DNA of 62,412 nt, the filler included, from Chiloscyllium plagiosum (lineage: Eukaryota), in assembly GCF_004010195.1 (NCBI RefSeq). It is 3 parts of one record of this genome, joined end to end, with 100 filler letters (N's around TTAATTAATTAA, not from the genome) between each part and the next. Parts side by side here need not be neighbours in the genome. Positions count along the whole stretch, not along the records: positions 26,523 to 57,711 come from NC_057713.1; positions 57,812 to 62,412 come from NC_057713.1; 1 more part is not named here. One strand, given 5' to 3'. How positions within the stretch are numbered: the first letter of the stretch is position 1; each line of letters opens with the position of its first letter. Below the pieces are notes generated by a model that was given only the letters and a program-made list of their open reading frames with translations, ran no database searches and was not told the origin of the DNA. The position numbers and the translations under genes were made by a program. Below are positions 53,526-62,412 of this stretch, piece after piece.

Positions 53526-54781
53526 TTGAAACTTTATTGCTGGAACAGCACAGCAGGTCAGGCAGCATCCAGGGAACAGGAGATTCGGCGTTTCGGGCAC
53601 AGGCCCTTCTTCAGGAATGAGCAGAGAGTGTTCAGCAGGAGAAGATAAAAGGTAGGGAGGACAAGTTCATCCCCTGCGGTTGGAGGGTTCCCAGTCGGAA
53701 GATAAGATGCTCCTCCTCCGACCGTCGGGTTGTTGTGGTTTGGCGGTGGATGAGTCCAATGACCTGCATATCCTCGGTGGAGTGGGAGGGGGAGTTGAAA
53801 TGCTGTGCCACAGGTTGGTTGGGTTGGTTCGTCCGGGTGGCCCAGAGGTGCTCTCTGAATCGCTCCGCAAGTAGGCGGCCTGTCTCCCCAATATAGAGGA
53901 GGCCACACCGGCTGCAGCGGATGCAGTAGATGATGTGGGTGGAGGTGCAGGTGAATCTGTGGCGGATATGGAAGTTTCCCTTGGGGCCTTGGAGAGAAGT
54001 GAGGGGGGAGGTGTGGGCGCAAGTGTTGCACCTCCTGCGGTTGCAAGGGAAGGTGCCGGGAGTGGTGGTTGGGTCGGTGGGGGGTGTGGATCTGACAAGG
54101 GAGTCGCGGAGGGAGTGGTCTCTACGGAAAGCTGATAGGGGTGGGGAGGGAAATATATCCTTGGTGCTGGGGTCTGTTTGGAGGTGGCGGAAGTGACGGC
54201 GGATGATGCGCTGTACATGGAGATTGGTGGGGTGGTAGGTGAGGACCAGTGGGGTTCTGTCCTGGTGGCGGTTGGAGGGGCGGGGCTCAAGGGCGGAGGA
54301 GCGGGAAGTGGAGGAGATGCGGTGGAGGGCACCGTCGACCACGTCGGGGGGTAAATTGCGGTCCTTGAAGAAGGAGGCCATCTGTGTTGTACGTATTTTG
54401 AACTGGTCCTCCTGGGAGCAGATGCGGCGGAGACGAAGGAATTGGGAGAATGGGATGGCGTTTTTACAGGGGGCAGGATGGGAGGAGGTGTAGTCCAGTT
54501 AGCTGTGGGAGTCGGTTGGTTTGTAGTAGATGTCCGTGTTGATTCGGTCGTCTGAGATAGAAACAGAAAGGTCTAGGAAGGGGAGGGAGGAGTCCGAGAC
54601 TGTCCAGGTGAATTTGAGGTCGGGGTGGAAGGTGTTAGTGTAGTGGATGAACTGTTCAACCTCCTCGTGGGAGCACGAGGTAGCGCCGATACAGTCATCA
54701 ATGTAGCGAAGAAAAAGATGGGGGGTGGGGCAAGTGTAGTTGCGGAAGATGGATTGTTCCACATACCCTACGAAGAGGCAG
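53526..54781 (-). mobile_element. Young 5'-truncated Penelope-like element (RT end plus GIY-YIG), 12-bp TSD
   Basis: FLRYIDDCIG, LPFLDL, YYKPTDSH, IIYCIRCSRCGLLYIGETGRLLAERFREH; one in-frame TAA at 54499-54501; TSD GTTGTAGGTAAG at 53514-53525 and 54782-54793; terminal CTGAAGA..GAAAC core. Confidence 0.92.
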
Positions 54782-55279
54782 GTTGTAGGTAAGGCAGATG
54801 AGTGCAGGGCTCGGATCAGTACCTGAGAGTATGATGTTATTGCTATTACTGAGACTTGCTTGAGGAAAGGGCATGATGGGCAACTAAATATCCCAGGATA
54901 TCAATGCTTCAGGCAGGTAAGAGAGGGAGGTAAAAGGGATGGAGGAGGTGTGTTGCTGGTCAGAGACGATATCACAACTGTGCTGAAGGAGGGCACTAAG
55001 GAGAACCCGAGCAGTGAGGCCATATGGACAGAGCTCAGAAATAGGAATGGGTGCGGCAACAATGTTGGGGCTGTTCTACAGGCCTCCCAACAGCGAGGGT
55101 GAGATATAGGTAGTATTATGTAAACAGATTATGAAAAGATGTAGGAGCAACAGTGTGGTGTTGATAGGAGATTTTAATTTTCCCAATACTAACTCGGATT
55201 CACTTCGTGTTAGAGGTCTAGATGAAGCAGAATTTGTAAGATGCATCCAGACGTGGTTTCCAGAGCAGCATGTAAATAG

Positions 55280-55483
55280 AACCGACAGTGTGTTGCTGGA
55301 AAAGCACAGCAGGTCAGGCAGCATCCGAGGAGCAGGAAAATTGAAGCCTTGGGCCAGGGCCCTTCCTGATGAAGTCCCAAGATTTCGATTTTCCTGCTCC
55401 TCGGATGCTGCCTGACCTGCTGTGCTTTTCCAGCAACACACTCTCGCCTCTGGTCTCCAGCATCTGCAGACCTCACTGTCTCC
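55280..55483. mobile_element. Hairpin mini-element, 14-bp TSD with one mismatch
   Basis: Inverted arms gtgttgctggaaaagcacagcaggtcaggcagcatccgaggagcagg; central cctgatgaag; TSD CAG(C/T)ATGTAAATAG at 55266-55279 and 55484-55497. Confidence 0.8.
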
Positions 55484-55924
55484 CAGTATGTAAATAGTCC
55501 AACTTGGGAAGGGGCCATACTCGACCTCGTGATGGGGAACGAGCCCGACCAGGTAGTTGAAGTTTCAGTAGAAGATTACTTTGGGAATAGTGATCACAAT
55601 TCCTTAATACTCATGGACAAGGACGAGCATGGTTTGAAAGGAAGAGTGCTAAATTGGGGGAAAGCCAACTATACCAAAATCTGGCAGGAGCTGGGGAATG
55701 TATTTTGGAAGCAGCTATTTGAAGGTAAATCCACATTTGATATATGGGAGGTTTTTAAAGAGATTTTGTTTCAAGTGCAGGAGAGACGTATTCCTGTGAA
55801 AATGAGGAATAGAAATGGCAAGATTTGGGAACCATGGATGACAGGTGAAATTATGAGGCTGGCTAAGGGCAAAAAGGAAGGAGACACAAGTTCTAGGCAA
55901 CTGAAAACACAAAGGTTGATGCAG

Positions 55925-57210
55925 GTTCCGGGATTAGATGTTTTAGTAAAAACACACAAGATGATAAAAGAGGGGGAGGTATGGCATTGTTAGTCGAGAA
56001 CAGTGTTATGATAGCAGAACGGACGTTTACTGAGGTAGTACAGGTTGAGGTTAGAAACAGGAAGGAGGTTACCCTGTTCGTTTCTACAGGCCTCTGAATA
56101 GTTCCAGAGATGTAGAGGAAAGGACGGTAAAGACAATTCTGGATAGAAACGAGAGTAATCAGGTAGTTGTTATGGGACAGATTAACTTTCCAAATATTGA
56201 CTGGAAATACTATAGTTCGACTACTTTAGATGGGCTAGTTTTTGTCCAATGTGTGCAGGATGGTTTCCTGACTGAGTATGTAGACAAGCCAACAAGGAAT
56301 GAGGCCACAGTGGATTTGGTACTGGGAAGTGAACCTGGCCATGTGTTAGATTTGGAGGTAGGTGAGCAGTTTGGTGACAGACACCACAATTCGGTTATGT
56401 TTACTTTAGTGATGGTAAGGGATAGACATATACTGGAGGGCAAGAATTATAGTTGTGGGGGGAGGCAATGAGAATGTGATTAGGCAAAATTTAGGATGCA
56501 TGGGGAAGGAAACTGCAGGGGATGGACACAATTGAAATATCAATTTTATTCAGTGAACAGCTACTACATGTCTTTGAAAGTTATGTACCTGTCTGGCAGG
56601 GAGGAAGCGATTGAGCAAGGGAGCCGTGGTTTACAGAAGAAGTTGAATCTCTTATCAACAGGAAGAAGAAGGCTTATGTTAGGATGTACAGAGCTAAAAA
56701 TCACTCAACACCAGGTTGTAGTCCAACAGGATTAATTGGAAGCACACTAGCTTTCGGAGCGACGCTCCTTCATCACTATCACCTGATGAAGGAGCGTCGC
56801 TCCGAAAGATGGTGTGCTTCCAATTAAACCTGTTGGACTACAACCTGGTGTCGTGTGACTTTTAACTCTGTACACCCCAGTCCAACACTGGAATCTCCAA
56901 ATTATGTTAGAATGAGATGTGAAGGCTCAGGTAGGGCGCTTGAGAGTTACAAGTTAGCCAGGAAAGACCGAAACAGAGAGCTAAGAAGAGCCAGAAGGGA
57001 ACATGAGAAGCCGTTGGCAAATGGTATCAAGGAAAACTCTAAAGCTTTCTATTGATATATCAGGAATAAAATTATGACTACAGAAAGATTAGGGCCAATC
57101 AAGGATAGTAGTGGGAAGTTGTGTGTGGAGTCTGAGGAGATAAGGGAAGTGCTAAATGAATAATTTCATCAGTACTCACACTGGAATAAGACAATGTTAT
57201 TGAAAAGAAT
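55925..57210 (+). mobile_element. CR1 ORF2 fragment
   Basis: INFPNIDW..FVQCVQDGFL..DLVLG; KENSKAFY. Confidence 0.8.
56687..56901. mobile_element. Hairpin mini-element with two opposed hammerhead-like cores, 13-bp TSD with one mismatch
   Basis: Plus strand CTGATGAaggagcgtcgctccGAAAG at about 56782-56808, mirrored on the minus arm; TSD TTATGTTAG(G/A)ATG at 56674-56686 and 56902-56914. Confidence 0.85.
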
Positions 57211-57711
57211 CCCCCACTCCAACCTATCACCCTCACAAAGCGCAGCCCTCCAATCCCTCTGCTACCCCCCTCCCCCACTCCAACCTCTCACCCTCACAAC
57301 GTGCTGCCCTCCAATCCCTCTGCTCCAATCCCAACATCACCATCAAGCCAGCAGATAAAAGGGGCGCAGTGGTAGTCTGGCGCACTGACCTCTACATCGC
57401 TGAAGCCAAACGCCAACTCGAGGACACCTCTTCCTACCATCCTCTCGACCATGACCCCACCCCCCATCACCAAACCATCATCTCCCAGACCATACAGAAC
57501 CTCATCACCTCAGGTGATCTCCCACCCACAGCTTCCAACCTCATAGTCCGGGAACCCCGCACTGCCCGGTTCTACCTCCTTCCCAAGATCCACAAGCCTG
57601 ACCACCCTGGCCGACCCATTGTCTCAGCATGCTCCTGCCCAACTGAACTCATTTCTACCTACCTCGACACTGTCCTATCCCACCTAGTCCAGGAACTCCC
57701 CACATACATTC
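57211..57711 (+). mobile_element. Penelope-like element, RT N-terminal region, running into a gap
   Basis: KPADKGGAVVVW, ARFYLLPKIHKP..GRPIVSACSCPTE, open frame. Confidence 0.88.
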
Positions 57712-57811
57712 NNNNNNNNNNNNNNNNNNNNNNNNNNNNNNNNNNNNNNNNNNNNTTAATTAATTAANNNNNNNNNNNNNNNNNNNNNNNNNNNNNNNNN
57801 NNNNNNNNNNN
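57712..57811. other. Assembly gap (44 N + TTAATTAATTAA + 44 N)
   Basis: Seen directly. Confidence 0.98.
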
Positions 57812-58245
57812 CACGTGCTATCGTAAGGACAGACTGACGGGCAGAGGGGGTGGTGTGGCCATGTTGGTAAGGGATGATATTCAGTCCCTTGTGTGGGGGG
57901 ACCTCGAATCAGGGGATGTAGAGTCAGTTTGGATAGAGCTGAGAAATACTAAGGGTAAAAAGACCGTCTTGGGAGTTATCTACAGGTCCCAAAACAGTAG
58001 TCTGGATGTCGGATGTAAGTTAAATCAGGAGCTGAAATTGGCCTTCGCAAAGATGTTACTACAGTTGTTATGGGGGATTTCAACATGCAGGTAGACTGGG
58101 AGAATCAGGATGGTATTGGACCTCATGAAAAAGACTTTGTGAAGCGCCTCAGAGATGGATTCTTAGAACAGCTGGTGCTGGAGCTGACCAGGGAGAAGGC
58201 AATTCTGGATCTGGCATTGTGCAACGAACCAGAATTGGCTGAACC
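57812..58245 (+). mobile_element. CR1 endonuclease fragment
   Basis: RGGGVA, ESVWIEL, MGDFN, AILDL. Confidence 0.8.
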
Positions 58246-60233
58246 ACGGAACAGATGACTAAAACCTTGGAAAAAGAAGTAGCCCTTAAGGGATGTCTTG
58301 TAACAGTGGAGGGGTGGGTTAGTTTGTGTATTCCAGAGCTTTGGGCCTACTGACGTCACTGCTCAATGATGGAGCAGTTAAAATTAGGGAAATGCAAGAC
58401 ACCAGATTTAGTAGAGATCAGATATCTTCAGAGCATTACAGGGCTGGAGGAAATTACAGGGTTATTGACGAGTAAGGCCATGAAGGTTGAGAATTTAAAA
58501 ATTGAAGCATTATCTGATAGTGACCTGATGTTCAGTGAGAAGTGGTGAGTGAACAAGACTTAGTGCAACTCTGGGTATGTGTAGCAAAGTGTCAGATGTG
58601 CACATGTTTATGGAGGAGCCAAATGGTGGCTGCAAGGACTGAGCTATGCAGACAGATTGCATAGCCTAGATTTGAGTTCCCTTGAGTAAAGAAGAAAGGG
58701 TGGAGATCTAATTGATGTGTTAAAGAACAGGAGGTTTGGCTAGTTCAGTTAGCTGGACAGCGGAGTGATGCCAACTACATAGGTTCAATTCCTGCACTAG
58801 TTGACCTCACCTTGAACATTCCTTCTAAGCTGTGATATGGTGACCCTGAAGTTAAACTCTCCACCAGTTATTGCTCTGTAAGGAAAATGCAGTCCTCTGA
58901 GACTATGGTAATTTTACCTTTACCTTAAGGAAAAAGTGTACAACCAGACAGTAAGCTCTGCTGAGGATATTACTAGTTAAGGAAACAAGTGGGAAGCAAA
59001 GTTGAGATATGGATCAGGTATAATTGAATTAATCAGACTAAAGGGACTGATGTATATTTCTAATGTTCACAGACAATAGCAGCCAGTTAGCTGTGGATGA
59101 CCACTGTCAGCAGAGAGAGAAGAGAAGGGAACTTGGTGAGAAAAAAAACTGGAGAATAAAGAAAGCACAGCTCATGACTCCCTTCACATCACTGCACATG
59201 TCAGCAACTCTGTGCTGCACAATGAGAGTGTATAGAGTTTAGTCTGAAAACCTTTTGTTGTTCTGTGCCACAGCCAGCCCTCTTTCTGTAAGCTACATAT
59301 ATCATCTTACGTTGGTGTAAGAAATATGATAGTTTATTATGGATACCAACACACAACAGAGTATCCAGGAAGCTGTTAATGCCAGGCGGATCAATAAAAA
59401 GACCACCACAGCCACCACTTAAGTCGGTAGCTTTTCATCCTGTGCTTGAAGAATTGAACAGTACTGCTTTTCAGAAATGTTTGTGGCCTTTGCTCTACTA
59501 TGCATTCCTTGACTATTTTGTACCAATCACTATCACACAGTTCTCTTTTGGTTAAATTGTGTGCACCACACAATCCTGAAAGGTCAAATACTATACCTGA
59601 AATTGCTGCTTCATATCAGATACACCTACGTAGGTCAGCTCACATGCAGTCCTCATCAGGGTTGATTTTTAATGGCCTCAGCTGATATTATTGGGGTTTA
59701 AACTGCCTCATGATTTTCAGCAGCTTTGTTGCTGAGTTCCTCAAATATATTGGTGGTCCTGCCCATTTCCTGTGCTGAATCTGGCAAACTGTGTCCTGCA
59801 ACAAAAAATGCAAATGCAGCCACAGCTTCAAGACCATGAAACACACTTCGTTGCCAAATATCTGAAGTCAGTAGGAAAGGGGATGTGACCTAGCAATTGG
59901 AATTTAGGGATATAGTTAATTAGCAAACAGGACCTCCAAAACAGGAATTTCCATATTGCTCCCAGAGCCACATTCAGGAATAAGAAGGTAAGACAGATGA
60001 ATGAGTAGCTGGAAAGATGATGCAAGAGGGAAGCATTTAGATTCCTAGGGCATTGGGGGACATTGCACTTGTACAAGCCAGACATTATTCTAAGTTCAAA
60101 AATATAATTTGTTCATAAAAAATAACTTTTTATATATACATAGTTTGCAACTCAATTCTGTACAGTGACATATCAAGGAAACAAACAAACATTGTCACTT
60201 GACTCCATCCAAAAAACCAAAGGCATCTCTTAC

Positions 60234-60379
60234 TTGAACCAGACTATATTTACATGCATTTGAGGCATCAAGAGGGTCTGATAACTGAACAGACGTCCAT
60301 TTAACTTTGGCAGAAAAACCTCAGTGGTCTTTCCCCACAGTGCCTTGGCTGCGCCAGGCTTTGGTGTGTCCCCCAGCAT
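60234..60379 (-). CDS. Candidate alternative first coding exon of OXR1
   Basis: Non-repetitive ORF MLGDTPKPG...HVNIVWF ending AA|GTAAGA (strong donor, phase 2), which joins in frame to the phase-2 acceptor at 40266. Confidence 0.5.
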
Positions 60380-60679
60380 GTAATCCTGGACTTTGAAATG
60401 TGCCAGTCTGCAACACTCGGTCGAGGTCAACTCCTTGCTCTGGAACAGAGCTGGGAGTGAGCACCTTGCAGAGTGTTTTATTCATGCTGTTGGTTAGGAT
60501 TTAAATTAACTCAGTAGAAGTGTGGGAACCAATAGTGAATAACTGAAATAATACCAGGCACACAAAATAGTGTGATAGGCACATGGGCATTATAACAGAG
60601 ATAATGCGGTAATTGGTGGAGTGAGAGCAATGGATGTCGTCATGTAGTTGAAATCAGGGTCACACTACATATGCATGTG

Positions 60680-61340
60680 AATGCACTGAGTATATTTAAT
60701 AAGGTTAGTGAGTTATAGGCACAGATAATTTTGTGGGATTACAATGTTGTGGCGATAATGGAGATATGCCTTAAGAAAGGGCAGATCTGGGTGCTAAATA
60801 TTTCAGATTACAAGATGTTCAGAGAGGATATGAAAGGAGAATAAAGGAAGAGAGGTGGCATTTTTGGTTAAGGGGCGCATTACAGTACTGGAAAAAGAGG
60901 AACTTTCTAGATTAAGATTAATCAACTGGCAGAGAACAGGTGTCAATGGGGCAAGGGCAGAGTTGGGTCAAATAAACTGGAACTAAAGGTTGGTGGAAAC
61001 AACAGGAACTGAGCAAATGAATACCTTCAAAGAGGAGATAGTTTAGGCACAGAAAAGGTATATTCCATCAAAAGGGAAAGGCAGAACAAACAAATCTAGA
61101 GTCTCCTGGATGGCAAAGGAGATCAAAATTAAGCAAAAGAAGAAAAATGCACTCATGACAGGTGTCAGGTAGTAAATAGAATTGGGAACCAAGCTGAATA
61201 CAGTAGGTTCTGGAGGAAGGTATCAAAGAAAGTATGAGAAGCAAAGAAGGATTATGAAAAAGACTGGCAACTAACATGAAAAGAAATCCTTAAATTTTCT
61301 ATAAGTATATTAATAGTAAAAGGGTAATAAAAGTAGGGGG
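60680..61340 (+). mobile_element. Degenerate CR1 ORF2 fragments
   Basis: Remnants of the endonuclease N-terminus and NPK.FYKY. Confidence 0.55.
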
Positions 61341-62149
61341 AGTATGGTTAAATTTAAATTCAGGTTTAAATTCTAGGGACAGTTCTATTTGGTAACTTAT
61401 TGTTCTTCTTCTTATTATTATTATTATTACCCAAGGCCTTGTATAATCTTACAAAGCTTGTGTGTGTGACTAAATGTGTGAGAGTTCAAGAGGCTGTTGA
61501 GAGAAATTTTCAAGTTTAGTGGATCACCTTCGGAACCAAATTCATACGTGGAGTTTTGTTGTCAATGAGTCCAATTTTGAATACCTGTGATTGATTATAA
61601 TTGAATTTTTAAAAAATATTTATTGAGACTTGTGAAATTTGCACTTGCTGATGTCAGGGCATAACAAGGCATTGCCATGCCTCAATCATCAAAACTAATA
61701 GGATTTTTGGAACATCCTGGCTTTTACAGATCCTCCATAGAAAACGTTTTAATCCAGGAAAGCAAGAATAGAGAATTCTGGAGTGTCATGGGTTATACGC
61801 AGTAAATAAACCAAACATTCAAATATTAAGCGTGTGTGCAAGTGAGGTGCAAAAAAAGGAAGAAGATTAGTGAAAGCTGCCCGAGTGGAATCTGGTGAGA
61901 GAAGGGTGGAATTCTTCAGCTGGGCGATCAGTCTAGTTGGGGAGGGGGTGTATCTTCAGCATCATCAGAGACAACAAGAGTTCAGAGACATAATGCGGTC
62001 ATGACCTGCTAACACTGATCACTCTGGTCTAGATGACAAAAAGTACAGCAGGACTAGTTGGGTCTGAAGCTGAAGAAACAATCACCCTCTCACTACAAGA
62101 CTAGATGAAAGACAGGGGGAATAAGAACGTCAAGTGGATAAAAACAGTC

Positions 62150-62412
62150 ATGGAACACTTAATTCCTCTAGACAACAAGAATCTATCAATCTCGGCCTTG
62201 AAGACATTTAGCGTCCTGGCTTCCACTGCACTCCGTGGCAATGAATTCCACAGGCCCACCACTCTCTGGCTGAAGAAATGTCTCCGCATTTCTGTTCTGA
62301 AATGACCCCCTCTAATTCTAAGGCTGTGTCCACGGGTCCTAGTCTCCTCCTTTAACTGAAACAATTTCCTAGCATCCACCTTTTCCAAGCCATGTATTAT
62401 TTTGTAAGTCTC
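62150..62412 (-). mobile_element. CR1 3' ORF2 fragment
   Basis: TRTRGHSLRI..FFSQRVVGLWNSLP. Confidence 0.85.

Larger units (their letters stand above)
52476..55920 (+). mobile_element. CR1 LINE ORF1/endonuclease region (different subfamily), interrupted by a PLE and a mini-element
   Basis: DSIVRG, VHIGTHDIG, YICFNARS, LIGDFNFP, GNSDHNS. Confidence 0.8.

Overview
Vertebrate, very likely elasmobranch (shark) genomic DNA, inferred from HE1-type SINEs, CR1 LINEs and Penelope-like elements (PLEs). Most of the window is nested, decayed transposable elements inside large introns of a minus-strand gene. One internal coding exon of OXR1 (oxidation resistance 1) is clear at 40076-40266, and a phase-compatible candidate alternative first coding exon lies at 60234-60379. 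Two observations stand out. (i) At 11326-21420 there is a head-to-tail array of non-LTR retroelements: two non-coding elements and two Tx1-clade LINEs. Three of them have poly(A) tails that end at the same TATA-like position of a repeated LTR-derived segment, which suggests an LTR-targeting Tx1 system with non-autonomous passengers. (ii) Many 120-220 bp insertions carry minimal hammerhead-ribozyme cores and 8-14 bp target-site duplications (TSDs), several fold as hairpins, and they match the termini of PLEs in the same window. Two 100-bp assembly gaps contain an artificial TTAATTAATTAA spacer. Family names come from motif recognition, not database searches, and boundaries of old repeats are approximate.
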